Part shown: piece by piece, positions 35,587 to 48,922 of the stretch
How the letters are laid out: each line of letters begins with the position of its first letter
Position numbering within the stretch: position 1 is the first letter of the stretch
Virus record (IMG/VR): IMGVR_UViG_3300033170_000307
Reading direction: 5' to 3' (one strand)
Length of the DNA: 64,000 nt
Origin: an uncultured virus (IMG/VR IMGVR_UViG_3300033170_000307)
Lineage: Duplodnaviria > Heunggongvirae > Uroviricota > Caudoviricetes
Notes under the pieces: model-generated
Seen by the model: only the letters and a program-made list of their open reading frames with translations
Told to the model about the DNA's origin: nothing
Databases searched by the model: none
Translations under genes and position numbers: made by a program

Positions 35587-38560
35587 GGTGTCTCAGGCTC
35601 CTTTCGGCATACTGGGTGCTGCCGGCTCGAAGATGCAGCACGCGGCTGTTGAGCTTTTGGTACGGGGCATAGCCCGCCTCCCCCAGGCGAGCGGCCAACT
35701 CGGTCTCGCCGTGGTAGACGAATGTGCTTGTGTCGAACGGGCCCACGTCGCAGAGCTTGTTGCGCTGGACTACCGAGGCGAAACCAACGAACCTGTTGGG
35801 GTCCACGGGGGCGGATGTCTCGCTCCCCAAGGGGATGTCTTCAGGTCGTCTGATTGAGTAGTCCCCGCTCAGGTACGCCCGGTGCTGGGAGGTGTTGGAG
35901 CAGACGTACCCCACATGCGGCAAAGCGGCAATCTCAAGCAGGCGCTCCAACCAGCCCTCTGACGCAATGATGTCGTCATTGAGAGTGGCCAGGAACGGGG
36001 CCCATGTGCAGGCCAGCGCCGCATTGTAGCTCTTGGCGATGCCCCAGTTGCCCCGGAAGTTGATGACGTGCGCCAGGGTGTTACGCTCCAGCAGGGCGCG
36101 CCTGGTCAAGAGCGCCCACTCCACGACTTTGCTGGGCGCGTTGTTGCAGACGAAGACTATCTCGACCGGCAGGTGAGTGTTGGAGACACAAGTGTCCACC
36201 GCGCGCTTGACCATATCCAGGTTGGAACTGCGCAACGTGAAGCAGAGCGCCACCTGGGAGGGCAGTATGCGCTGGTTGCTGAACGCCATGGTCGCCCCCG
36301 GAGAGAGCGAGAAGAGTGGGTTGACCGGGCGCTGGATGTAGCTCTCCTCGCGGGTCTTGAGTACGTCCGTGTAGTGCAGGGTGTAGGCTTTGCTGACTTC
36401 CAACATACGCCGTTTGTACTCAGACTCGGCGGTCTTGCCCTTGGGTGAGAGGTGCTCCCCAGCGTGCACGCATCGAGTGCCGTCAACGTAGGCAACCTTG
36501 TAGCCTGCCGCCCTGGCGCGCCGGCAGTAGAGCGTGTCTTCTCGGCCGTACTTCCCGAGCTCAACATTGAAGTAGCCCACCCTGCGGAAGATGTCGTTCG
36601 GGAATGAGAACGCGGGCCCTATGGCAGCATCGTCGGGCGGGAACAGCAGGCCGGGGTAGTCCGGGTCGCGACGCAGAATGTCGTTGGGGATGCCATCGTA
36701 AGTGACGCCCGAGACGGCCAGGTTAGGGTACCTGTTGTAGGAGCCAAGAAGGCGGCTCAGCCAACCATCCTCCATGTGGATGTCGGAAGCAGCGTGTAGG
36801 AACACGTCGCCTTCTTTCAGCAGCAAACCCTGGTTCAGGGCGTTAGGGATGCCGGCGTTCCAGCCGTTGAAGATGATTTTGTGCCCGTCCAGCACTAGCT
36901 CTTCGTAGCGGTCGTCCAGCCACTGTGTTGTTCCGTCGCTGCTGCCGTTGTCAATGATGATGAGCTCATAGGGCGTCTCGTTCTGGTTGATGGTGCTGCG
37001 TAGGTTGTCCAGTGTGCCCGGTACGAAGTGCAGGCGATTCCAGGCCAGCATCGTGAGAGAGACCATGGATGCGCGCGCGGGGTACTCCGCCGCTACGGTC
37101 TGCGGCCTTGTGGCCAGGCGTAGGCGCCAGCGGTCTTCCTTGGTCCACTCACCGCTGCGGTTCTGGCTATCCCGGTGATGGATGATACGCACGAGGTTCT
37201 CCGGCAGGCAGACGAAGCGGGCGCCCTTGGCCAGCATGCGCTCGTACATCTCGGCATCTTCGCCTTTGTCAACATCTTCGTCGTACCCCAGAAACCACTG
37301 GCGCCGGTAGATGCAGTGCTGCGGCCCTATCCAGATGCGGTTGTGGTTCGGGTTGCGAATCTGGTCGGGTATGTTAATCCACCCGTACTGCTCGGGCTTC
37401 AGGGTGCCATCATCAGTCACGGTGAAGAACGACACGAAGCTCCACACTAGGTCGGCATTGCGGCCTTCCAGGGCGGCAACCATCTTCTCCAAGTACGTCG
37501 GCTCCCACTGGTCATCGCTGTCTATGCAGGCGATGTAGCGGCCCCGCGACTTCTCGAAAGCTACGTTGCGCGCGAAAGACTCCCCCTGGTTGTGGCTGAG
37601 CTTGATGAAGCGTAGCCGGCCAGGGAAGTTCTCGCGGAACCAGAATGTCTCGCCCCAGGTGTTGTCGGAGCTTGCGTCGTCAACCACAATCACCTCAAAG
37701 TCCTGGTAGGTCTGGGCAAAGACTGAGGCAATGGTGGCGAAGATGCAGTGGGCACGGTTGTACGCGGGGATGATGACGCTCACGGCAGGAGCGCCGGTCG
37801 TCGGCGCATAGCTGCTGGGGGTGAGTGGTTTCACTCGTCGCTTGGGCGCGGGCGCGGCCTCCGCCTGCTCTTCTTCCCCCCAGACGATTTCGAGGCGCTC
37901 CACGTGCGCGCGCTGACCTCTCGTGCCGCGCACATCCACTTGGATGCTGTCCACGACGGCGCCCTGAGTATCTGCGCTATTGCTGCGGCCGGCCTTGTAG
38001 AAGGTGCTATCGCCACCGAGGTTGGCCCACACGCCTTCCAACTTTCCACCAGAGACATCGGCTCGGACAGACGCGATGCGCTCGCCGGGCTTGAACCCCG
38101 ACACCAGAATACTCATCTTCGCATTGGGGGAGTTGGCGATAGAGACGCCCCGGCTGGTGCGCTCGCCTTCCACGACATCGAACTTGTACGGGAAGGAGGA
38201 AGAGCCGCCAGACTTGTTGACGGCGGTCGAGCGGGCCGGGGACAGTTCGACAGAAGCCACGATGGAGTCAGCGTTGGGCACAAACTTAGGCACAACCAAA
38301 GCGAAGAGAGCGCGGCTGCCGCTTGGCACCGTCTGGTGACAGTCGTAGCCGTGGACGGCCCGGTCCCAGTCTTCGGCGTCTACCAGCTCACCACTGGCGT
38401 CACACACAAGTAGCCGAAGCACCGGGACGCCAGGGTCCCACGTGATGTGCTTCAGCATTTGTTCGCGACCCAACGTCGTGATGGCCAGAAGCATGAGCTC
38501 CTCGCCTTGTTCGCGGATGTGCCACGTCGTACCGTTACGACCCCAATGCAGTTGTGCCAT
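35543..38560 (-). CDS. Multidomain glycosyltransferase with three GT2-like domains
   Basis: VSVIIPAYN...VVDDAS.D...DSDD; second LIIIDNGSSD...EDTLYC; third LNDDI; unknown ~250-aa N-terminus. Confidence 0.88.
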   Translation of the reverse strand: MAQLHWGRNGTTWHIREQGEELMLLAITTLGREQMLKHITWDPGVPVLRLLVCDASGELVDAEDWDRAVHGYDCHQTVPSGSRALFALVVPKFVPNADSIVASVELSPARSTAVNKSGGSSSFPYKFDVVEGERTSRGVSIANSPNAKMSILVSGFKPGERIASVRADVSGGKLEGVWANLGGDSTFYKAGRSNSADTQGAVVDSIQVDVRGTRGQRAHVERLEIVWGEEEQAEAAPAPKRRVKPLTPSSYAPTTGAPAVSVIIPAYNRAHCIFATIASVFAQTYQDFEVIVVDDASSDNTWGETFWFRENFPGRLRFIKLSHNQGESFARNVAFEKSRGRYIACIDSDDQWEPTYLEKMVAALEGRNADLVWSFVSFFTVTDDGTLKPEQYGWINIPDQIRNPNHNRIWIGPQHCIYRRQWFLGYDEDVDKGEDAEMYERMLAKGARFVCLPENLVRIIHHRDSQNRSGEWTKEDRWRLRLATRPQTVAAEYPARASMVSLTMLAWNRLHFVPGTLDNLRSTINQNETPYELIIIDNGSSDGTTQWLDDRYEELVLDGHKIIFNGWNAGIPNALNQGLLLKEGDVFLHAASDIHMEDGWLSRLLGSYNRYPNLAVSGVTYDGIPNDILRRDPDYPGLLFPPDDAAIGPAFSFPNDIFRRVGYFNVELGKYGREDTLYCRRARAAGYKVAYVDGTRCVHAGEHLSPKGKTAESEYKRRMLEVSKAYTLHYTDVLKTREESYIQRPVNPLFSLSPGATMAFSNQRILPSQVALCFTLRSSNLDMVKRAVDTCVSNTHLPVEIVFVCNNAPSKVVEWALLTRRALLERNTLAHVINFRGNWGIAKSYNAALACTWAPFLATLNDDIIASEGWLERLLEIAALPHVGYVCSNTSQHRAYLSGDYSIRRPEDIPLGSETSAPVDPNRFVGFASVVQRNKLCDVGPFDTSTFVYHGETELAARLGEAGYAPYQKLNSRVLHLRAGSTQYAERSLRHLADQYLPESLRRLR

Positions 38561-38630
38561 GCGAATACACCTACCTGAGTAGCCACTGGGTATATCTGCT
38601 CGGTCTTCTCCAATCTTTTTGCAATGGTTC

Positions 38631-38659
38631 TTGACAAGAAGCTAACGAGCAGATATTAT
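38631..38659 (+). promoter_or_regulatory. sigma70-type promoter
   Basis: TTGACA-17-TATTAT. Confidence 0.8.
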
Positions 38660-38704
38660 CCCACAGCGCGAGGCTACGCGACTACGATACCCTGGAGACT
38701 CCCA

Positions 38705-39298
38705 ATGTACAAGACGCTCCCTGTCATGCTGCTGCTAGTGCTGCTCATGACGCTCGTCGTAACCACCACCCTCGCCGGCACCGCCTACGCGGCCGATGAG
38801 CCCACCGTGGTTCTCCCCGCTCCCCCGTCGCCGGCCACTGACTTTGCCCCGGATACACACACGTTCAAGCCGTTGGCGGCAGACACGCTGCCGGCAGTAC
38901 CGCTGTCCGATGCGCAGGACTACTCAGACAAGGTTGACCGCGCCATCGCGAATGTCGCGTTCGACAACCTACCTGGCTTCGAGACCGGCATCGTGACTGG
39001 TCTATTCACTGGCGAACTGCTCGGCAACAGCGGCGTCAACCTGTCGCGTAAGCTCGGCGCGTTTCCGAACTCCTGGCCCATCCTGGGCAACCGCGCGCTG
39101 TTCGTTACCTTTATCGGCGTAGATACGGATAAGCCCGGCTTCAACATCGGCTTCAACATCGGCCTCGACGTGAGCCTGAGCCGGCTCGACCAGAAGGACT
39201 ATGGACTGCGCGCTGGCGCCTGCGTACTGCGTGAAGGCGGCGACGGCGGCGACATCGGCTTCGAGTTCTACCTGCGGCAGGCCCTCATCAACTTCTAG
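38705..39298 (+). CDS. Exported protein with signal peptide
   Basis: MYKTLPVMLLLVLL...AYA|A cleavage-like site; alternating beta-strand pattern; terminal Phe. Confidence 0.65.
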   Translation: MYKTLPVMLLLVLLMTLVVTTTLAGTAYAADEPTVVLPAPPSPATDFAPDTHTFKPLAADTLPAVPLSDAQDYSDKVDRAIANVAFDNLPGFETGIVTGLFTGELLGNSGVNLSRKLGAFPNSWPILGNRALFVTFIGVDTDKPGFNIGFNIGLDVSLSRLDQKDYGLRAGACVLREGGDGGDIGFEFYLRQALINF

Positions 39299-39332
39299 CG
39301 GGCGCCGCGCAAGACCTGAGAGGAAATAGACA

Positions 39333-39845
39333 ATGGCCACCTATGAACTGGAGCCCAAAGCAGTCGCGGAGTATTCCCTGCGCATCCCGCAGGTGAACCT
39401 TCCCGCGATGTCTCAAGCGAGCTCCGTTCTCGCAGCGATGGGCGCCCTGCTTCGGGCTCTCCACATCCCCTGCGATGACGGGGTGGCCAACCCATCTGAC
39501 GGCTCAGCCATCCTCTCACTGACAGCCAATTTCCTCTCGTGGGAGCAGTTCATGGCTTGTAACCTGCGCCTGATGGGCGCCATGGGTTCGAGCTACCTGC
39601 CGCCCCGCGAGGTTCGGATAACCTATGGCGAGCAAAACACCCACTACATCCAAGACGCGAGGTGGCTGCTCGCCGCCGCATGCGTAGCCAAACGCGCCCC
39701 AGAGCAGCTCTTCCTGGGCGTCACTACCCCCACCGAGACACAGGTCATCACAGTAGCATGGAAGGGGAACGACGCCCAGGAGAGTAGCCTGGACATCAGT
39801 GTCGGCTCAGAGAACCCAGAAGAGCCGGCTGGAGAGCAACAGTAA
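39333..39845 (+). CDS. Hypothetical protein
   Basis: GAGGA RBS, operonic. Confidence 0.65.
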   Translation: MATYELEPKAVAEYSLRIPQVNLPAMSQASSVLAAMGALLRALHIPCDDGVANPSDGSAILSLTANFLSWEQFMACNLRLMGAMGSSYLPPREVRITYGEQNTHYIQDARWLLAAACVAKRAPEQLFLGVTTPTETQVITVAWKGNDAQESSLDISVGSENPEEPAGEQQ

Positions 39846-40057
39846 TGAGCCAACCAACTGAGGGGCCGTACACCATCTGCCACAATTGCGCTTCCACGTG
39901 CCCACTGGGTGAGAACCCTTGCCCAAAGTGTGGCGCCATGGTCTCACCAATGGCGAAGGTGTATGGGGTCCCGCCCAGCGAACTGCGGCAGCGGCGCGCT
40001 GAAGAAGGCGGAGAGCCGGTTACCCCGGCCGGCATGACCAAAGCAACAGGCAACTGA
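39845..40057 (+). CDS. Small zinc-ribbon protein
   Basis: CHNC...CPKCG. Confidence 0.65.
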   Translation: MSQPTEGPYTICHNCASTCPLGENPCPKCGAMVSPMAKVYGVPPSELRQRRAEEGGEPVTPAGMTKATGN

Positions 40058-40068
40058 AAGGAACCAAC

Positions 40069-42279
40069 ATGTACGCACTACATCTCAGCGACGCACGCGG
40101 CATCGCCATCCCCCAAGACGCAACCTCCGCCTACTGTCTCATTGAGACTACCGGCTTCCCTACCATACACGCCTACGGCCAGAACCTTCCCAGTGTCTGG
40201 GAGAAGGCCGTGCGGGCGGCTTGGTTGGGCGGGGCCCCTCAGCCCACTGAGTACGACGCCCCTGCCGACCCCAACAGCCGTGATGTCATGGCCACCCTGA
40301 CCGTCTTCGACCCGCTGAGCGAGCCACGCATCCATCGCGGCATCCCTGGCGGCATCACCGAGTTGGTAACCTACGTCGAGGAGGTTGTGGCCGGCATCCA
40401 TGACTCGTGGATTGACCTGGACGACCCGCAGAAGTGGTGGTACTGCGTGGGCCCTGAGACGCCCGTATTGATGTCGGATGGCAAGCAGAAGCCAATTCGG
40501 GACTGTGCTGTAGGGGACAACGTGGTGGTCTTCAACCCTGCTGGCAACAAGTACGAGACAGGGGCCATCAAGCAGGTCGTGGAATCTCGGGATGTGGAAG
40601 CAGTGTCGCTCCGCATTGGGGGGAAGAGCGAAAGACTGGTCGCGTCTTTGACACACCCTCTGCTCACACGGGAGCGAGGATGGGTGAAAGCTGGTGACCT
40701 GAGCCTGGGGGACGAAGTGGCTGTTTCTTGGGTAGACGGCGTGGAGCTTTCCCCACCAACAGCTCCGATTGGGCACTCTCTACAATGGGTACGCGACGAG
40801 ATTGAGAAGCTAGAAGGCTTCAACACCGATAGAACCACCGGAGAACTATCGGCGCAGGGTCTTCTCCCCCTGCGTCTCAGCGACCACAAAGGGGCGCTCG
40901 TGTGCTGGCTGTTGGGGTATCTCTTTGGAGATGGCTGGTTGGAAACGCCAAAGAAGAAGTCGACGAGCCAATTCCTTTCGGGCAAGGTGGGTTTCAGCGG
41001 AGACGTGTCCACGCTTGAGACTATCAGGCGAGCGCTCAGAACTCTGGGTTTCAGTTGTGGTGAGACTCGCATCATTCAACAGAAAGCGAATCTTAGGGGG
41101 AGCGATGTCGCCGGTGCGTCGCCATCCATGGTGTGTTGCCACAGTGCTCTCTGGGTCCTATTTAGGGCCCTCGGGGCTCCGGTGGGCGACAAATCAACCG
41201 TGGAGTACGAAGTTCCCGAATGGCTGACTGACGCCCCCATTGAAGCCAAGCGAGCGTTCCTACTCGGCTTCGTTGACGCCGAAGCCAGTGCGCCATGGAA
41301 AGCCGCAGAACGCTCTGGTGCCGGCGCACGAATTGAGTTCCGGCAGTCGAAGCGCGCAGAACTCGAAAACAACCTCGCCATCTTCATGAGCCAGATGAAG
41401 GACCTCATGGAGCAGTGCGGGGTGCGTGACATCACCGAGGGGAGCTGGCTGGAAGACTGCGCATCTGTCTCGCACGTGATAAAGGTACTTAGCGCCGGTG
41501 GTGTAGATAGTTGGCTTACCGAGCTACCGTTCACGGCCTGCCAGACGAAGATGGAGCGCGCCGACATCTACACCGCGTATGTGGAGCAGGGTGCAGACAT
41601 ACCGTGGGGGGAGTGGGAGGCCGAAAGAAGGAGAATGTGGAAGGTGCTGTTTAGGCCCGTCATAGAAATCACTGCATGTCGAGAGCCTGTACTCTATGAC
41701 ATTGCCGTTGACCACAAGGACCACAACTTCATTGGTGGTGGCATTGTGTGTCATAACAGCTACCATCAGCGCTTATTCGACTACCCCATGCCAGATGGCA
41801 GCAAGGTCAACCAGGTCGAGTACGCGCTGAACAAGCTCGTGGAAGCGCCACACACGCGCCGGGCCCAGATGATTACCTGGCAACCGTGGTTCGACACGAC
41901 CTACGGCCACTGCCCGTGCCTGCAGCGCATGTGGTTCCGCGTTTTCGAGGACAAGCTCCTCATGAACGTGCATATCCGCAGCAACGACGCGTTCAAGGCC
42001 GGCTTCATGAACGCCTACGCCTTCATCGAGTTCCAGAAGTGGATGGCCGGCGAGTTGTCCAACCGTCTCGGCCGCGAAATCGGCGTGGGCCAGTACACCC
42101 ACCATGCCGACAGCTTCCACATCTACGGGTCGTACTTCGAGGACTTCAAGAAGTTCCTGGAGCTGTCCGACTCGCGGACCTGGGAGAACCGGACCTACCG
42201 CTCGGACGACGAGGCCGTCAAAGCCGAAATGGACATGGCCTATGCCATGATGCGAAGCAGGGGCGAACTGCCGGCCTAA
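40069..42279 (+). CDS. thyA: Thymidylate synthase family protein with intein
   Basis: TRRA, catalytic PCLQ, RSNDAFKAGFMN, SFHIY. Confidence 0.85.
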   Translation: MYALHLSDARGIAIPQDATSAYCLIETTGFPTIHAYGQNLPSVWEKAVRAAWLGGAPQPTEYDAPADPNSRDVMATLTVFDPLSEPRIHRGIPGGITELVTYVEEVVAGIHDSWIDLDDPQKWWYCVGPETPVLMSDGKQKPIRDCAVGDNVVVFNPAGNKYETGAIKQVVESRDVEAVSLRIGGKSERLVASLTHPLLTRERGWVKAGDLSLGDEVAVSWVDGVELSPPTAPIGHSLQWVRDEIEKLEGFNTDRTTGELSAQGLLPLRLSDHKGALVCWLLGYLFGDGWLETPKKKSTSQFLSGKVGFSGDVSTLETIRRALRTLGFSCGETRIIQQKANLRGSDVAGASPSMVCCHSALWVLFRALGAPVGDKSTVEYEVPEWLTDAPIEAKRAFLLGFVDAEASAPWKAAERSGAGARIEFRQSKRAELENNLAIFMSQMKDLMEQCGVRDITEGSWLEDCASVSHVIKVLSAGGVDSWLTELPFTACQTKMERADIYTAYVEQGADIPWGEWEAERRRMWKVLFRPVIEITACREPVLYDIAVDHKDHNFIGGGIVCHNSYHQRLFDYPMPDGSKVNQVEYALNKLVEAPHTRRAQMITWQPWFDTTYGHCPCLQRMWFRVFEDKLLMNVHIRSNDAFKAGFMNAYAFIEFQKWMAGELSNRLGREIGVGQYTHHADSFHIYGSYFEDFKKFLELSDSRTWENRTYRSDDEAVKAEMDMAYAMMRSRGELPA
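40444..41757 (+). mobile_element. LAGLIDADG intein (438 aa) in thymidylate synthase
   Basis: Y|CVGPET start, THPLLT, LLGYLFGDG and FLLGFVDAEAS, IVCHN|S end. Confidence 0.9.
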
Positions 42280-42301
42280 CGCCGGGGAAGGAGTTGCAGC
42301 A

Positions 42302-45443
<3,142 letters not shown>

Positions 45444-45789
45444 GTAGCCACCATGTCTGCGATGATTCTACCGCCGCAACCCAAGAACGCCATGTTCGGA
45501 CGCATCCTACCGGAGCGGGTTATGGACGCCCTATTGCTACGTGAGGCGTCTGCTGTGGGTTCAAGCCGTTAGCCGAGCGCACTACCTGCACTTGCGGGGA
45601 GTGCCAGTATTGCGGGGATGGCAACGTGCTGGCGTCCGTCATTGCCGAGCACAGGTCAACCCCCATCCATGCCGTGGAATTGGGGATACCACAGCATCAC
45701 GACAAGGTGTGGGTGAGAAGCTACCGCCTACGCCTGTCGTTGGCGGTGCCAGAGCACACGTCATTCCGGGGCACCGGCGATGTGATGTA

Positions 45790-45818
45790 TTGACATGGTT
45801 CTCCAAGAAGCATATACT
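45790..45818 (+). promoter_or_regulatory. sigma70-type promoter
   Basis: TTGACA-17-TATACT. Confidence 0.8.
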
Positions 45819-45846
45819 GAGCACATCAACAGCAAAGGATGAAACC

Positions 45847-46335
45847 ATGAGCGAGACGGTCCCCAAAATCACCCCCACCTGCCTTTCCAATAGCCACCTG
45901 CCCGACCTGGGCACCTCGCTTCACGCCTATATCTGGCGCGACGACGCCGGGCAGGTTGTGGCCAAGAGCAGCATCTACCTCGAACTGGATGAAGCCCGGA
46001 CCATGCCCGGCGCCGACCCGTTGATGCCCCCGCAGGTTCGCGCGGCGCGGGCGGTCACCTTCGTATACTCGCAGGGTGGCCGCTTCCAGATGGTTTCAGA
46101 CTTCGCCGACCCCACGGCTCCCAACACCATGCTTGGTGGTGGCGCGTTCCGCCACTCACAGGCGGGGAGCCATGACATTCTCATGCTCAAACCTCTGGAC
46201 GAGGCGCTCTTCTGTCTCGGGCGCGAAATCGCCGGCGTCGTCTATGGCGGCCAAGTGGAGCCGATTAGGCGGGTCCACGATGACATCCCCATCGAGGACT
46301 GGCCGACCGCTTCATCGCGGGGCACTGCCCAGTAG
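45847..46335 (+). CDS. Hypothetical protein (MSETVPK...)
   Basis: AAGGA RBS just after the promoter. Confidence 0.65.
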   Translation: MSETVPKITPTCLSNSHLPDLGTSLHAYIWRDDAGQVVAKSSIYLELDEARTMPGADPLMPPQVRAARAVTFVYSQGGRFQMVSDFADPTAPNTMLGGGAFRHSQAGSHDILMLKPLDEALFCLGREIAGVVYGGQVEPIRRVHDDIPIEDWPTASSRGTAQ

Positions 46336-46394
46336 AACCGGACAGGTGGGGCCTACAGGGCATCGAAGGCGGCATCCCGCAGCGCATCAGCCAG

Positions 46395-46625
46395 ATGGCC
46401 CAGTACAAGTGCTACCTGGCGCTGCCGCGCCCCCTGCTGCAGGAAATGCCGCTGGAGTGGCAGTACCAGGTGACCGACCTGATTCGCATCATCGGCGAGT
46501 ATTGCGAACCGCATGACGGGTACCAGGTGTGGCTCCGCGCCAAGCAGGGCTACCAGAAGATGGACGACCCACTCGCCAACTACCGCTACCCAGACCGTGA
46601 ACTACTGCGAAGGATACAGGGATGA
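46395..46625 (+). CDS. Hypothetical protein
   Basis: Coupled to the downstream gene; start uncertain. Confidence 0.55.
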   Translation: MAQYKCYLALPRPLLQEMPLEWQYQVTDLIRIIGEYCEPHDGYQVWLRAKQGYQKMDDPLANYRYPDRELLRRIQG

Positions 46626-47467
46626 TACAGTTCAACTCCAAAGACACGCGCTGGTCGGTACTCTCCAACTTCCACCCGGTCTCGCTGCGCATTGATGGCG
46701 AGTCCTATCCCAGCGTGGAGCACTACTACCAGTCGCAGAAGTTCATACCCCACGACCCGATGTACGCCGGCATCATCCAGAACGCCGAGACCCCCGGCAA
46801 GGCCAAGCGCCTGGTGCGCGGCGAGTGCCACGTCATCCGCGACGATTGGGAGACCGTCACCACGGAGCTGCTCACCGGCTTCGAGGCCCCGGTCAAGGAA
46901 CTCGTGATGCTCAAGGGTCTCCGCTACAAGTTCGTGCTGGACATGGACTGCCGCGCGGTGCTCCTGGCCACGGGCTTCGAGGACATCGTGGAGCATAGCC
47001 CCTGGGGCGATGCCTACTGGGGTGACGGCGGCGATGGCGCCGGCAAGAACCGGATGGGCGAGCTCCTGATGATGGTGCGAGACGAGCTCTACCTGCGGCC
47101 GGAGTGCCAACCCAAGCCTCCGTTCAAGGCCGTTCGTGATGGTATCCCTGGCCTCGTTGCCGCGCGCAACGAGTTGCACCTGGCCGACATCATCGCCATC
47201 CGCTCCCCACACGCCTGGCGCCAGTTGCTCCAAGACAAGCTGCTCGAAGAGGCCAGGGAAGTCATCTCGGCTCCCGGCAAAGACGACAAACTCGCGGAGC
47301 TGGGAGACCTGTACGAGGTCATCCGTTCGCTGGCGCGCGAGTTTGGTTTCGCGGAGGCCGACGTAGTGGCCGCCGCCGACAAGAAGCTCGCCGAGCGCGG
47401 GGGGTTCAATGACCGGGTGGCGTTTCGGCTGAAGCCCGGCATCACGTTCGCACTACCACAGCAATAG
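46622..47467 (+). CDS. NADAR (YbiA-like) domain fused to a MazG-like NTP pyrophosphohydrolase
   Basis: LSNFH...SVEHYYQSQKF...D.YWG...GKNRMGELLM; then VRDGIP...KLLEEARE...ELGDLYEV...ERGGF. Confidence 0.85.
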   Translation: MIQFNSKDTRWSVLSNFHPVSLRIDGESYPSVEHYYQSQKFIPHDPMYAGIIQNAETPGKAKRLVRGECHVIRDDWETVTTELLTGFEAPVKELVMLKGLRYKFVLDMDCRAVLLATGFEDIVEHSPWGDAYWGDGGDGAGKNRMGELLMMVRDELYLRPECQPKPPFKAVRDGIPGLVAARNELHLADIIAIRSPHAWRQLLQDKLLEEAREVISAPGKDDKLAELGDLYEVIRSLAREFGFAEADVVAAADKKLAERGGFNDRVAFRLKPGITFALPQQ

Positions 47468-47476
47468 GAGACAGCC

Positions 47477-47827
47477 ATGAAACAGCAGAAGCCAATACAA
47501 CCGGCGCCAGAGTACGGGAAGGTCAGCGCGGGCTGGGTCAAGGCCCTGGGCAACATGCTCTTCCATCACCAGTTCATCCGCAACCTGCCCGAGCGCATTG
47601 TCGAGGAGTTTGACGCGGCGGCCGCGCGCGGCGAAGGCCTCGAAGTCGCGTTCTTGCAGGACCCGATGTCCAAGCTGTTCGAGCTCCACCCCATCGGCGT
47701 CATCAACGGCCTGTTGGCCAAGAAGGGCATGACCCTGGTGGGCGAGTTCGATGAGGCCGGCGAGTTCATCGGCCTGGACGTGAAGCCCAACACCCGCTTC
47801 GGGGAGCCCACAGATGCCACTCAGTAG
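47477..47827 (+). CDS. Hypothetical protein
   Basis: AGGAG RBS, biased codons. Confidence 0.7.
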   Translation: MKQQKPIQPAPEYGKVSAGWVKALGNMLFHHQFIRNLPERIVEEFDAAAARGEGLEVAFLQDPMSKLFELHPIGVINGLLAKKGMTLVGEFDEAGEFIGLDVKPNTRFGEPTDATQ

Positions 47828-48101
47828 CGCCCCCACATTGCTGGACTGGATGGCCCCGGCCGGCGCAGACTGCCAGAGCTGCTGGAACACCTTGATAAGC
47901 TGCTGGACCGGGCCTACAACGGACAATGAGACGCTGGTGGGAGCAACACTCGGTCGAGGCCATCTGGTGGGGGCTCAGCCCCTGGACCATCACCGCCGTT
48001 GCAGTCGTCGCTCTGCTCGTTTGGATGTTGCTCTCGGGCCCGCCTAATCCGGCCGCGCTACAGGAGCAGGTACGACGCGCACATACACTGGGAGAGTAGC
48101 C

Positions 48102-48524
48102 GTGGTCTTCACCAAAATCGTCTGCCGTCCTGATGGCGCCTGCTACCACATGTTCCACGGTGGCAATGAAGTGGCCCACCGGGTCACCAAGCTGCTCTGC
48201 AAGGCTCTCGACCTGGTGTCCTTCCGCAAGGAGCTGGACATCCACCTGGAAGACCAGCAGCTTGAGCAGGACACCCACGCCATCACCAAGCTCTCAATGT
48301 GGGGCCAGCCCCCAAGAATCACCCTGCTGCCGTCCGCTCTGGCGCTCGATGACGACCAGCTCGGAATCACCTTGACCCACGAGCTCTTCCACTGCCGGCA
48401 GGGGGCCTGGAAGGTCTTTTGGCAGAACTTGCTTTGGGCGGTCTTGCGTCGCTCGGGCTTCCCGCCCATAGAGGTCGAAGCCTACGAGGCCGTGAACCTA
48501 TGGCCGCCCAAGGAGACGCCGTGA
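48102..48524 (+). CDS. Putative zinc metallopeptidase-like protein
   Basis: HELFH (HExxH) with downstream EVEAY. Confidence 0.55.
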   Translation: MVFTKIVCRPDGACYHMFHGGNEVAHRVTKLLCKALDLVSFRKELDIHLEDQQLEQDTHAITKLSMWGQPPRITLLPSALALDDDQLGITLTHELFHCRQGAWKVFWQNLLWAVLRRSGFPPIEVEAYEAVNLWPPKETP

Positions 48525-48922
48525 CCCAGCCAGCCCTTGTCTCAACCAACGACCAGCGTTCGTGGCCCATCGCCAGAAGCGTGAAGCCCTTCCGGTTCGG
48601 GGACTACGATGCCGCCCGCACGGGAGCCCTTGGCCGCGCGCGCTTCTTTCTTACCCTGGAGGGGGAAGCGACTGACGAGGCGGGCCGCAACCTCTGGGGC
48701 TCGGCCTGCGAGAATGAGGCCACTGGCGTTTGCCGTCACATCCCCGTACCGGCCCAATGCCCGCGCTGTCAGCACAGTGAGTTCGTGCGCTTCTCGCCCT
48801 TTCCCAGCGAAGGCGGGCCCTACGTTTTCGGAGCCAAGAGCCGCTGCCGGCAATGCGGTTGGGTCGCCGATGACCGGCCCGACGAGTTCCAACCATCCTA
48901 CACGCCCGGAGAATCATCATGA
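48521..48922 (+). CDS. Hypothetical zinc-ribbon protein
   Basis: AAGGAG plus GTGA overlap; CPRC...CRQC. Confidence 0.55.
   Translation: MTQPALVSTNDQRSWPIARSVKPFRFGDYDAARTGALGRARFFLTLEGEATDEAGRNLWGSACENEATGVCRHIPVPAQCPRCQHSEFVRFSPFPSEGGPYVFGAKSRCRQCGWVADDRPDEFQPSYTPGESS

Noticed and set aside
39136..39162. 12-bp duplication encoding GFNIGFNIG
   Set aside because: In frame and short, with no evident consequence.
39368..39378. GGAGTATTCCC as another late motif
   Set aside because: Two mismatches, inside a plus-strand gene, with no minus-strand start nearby.
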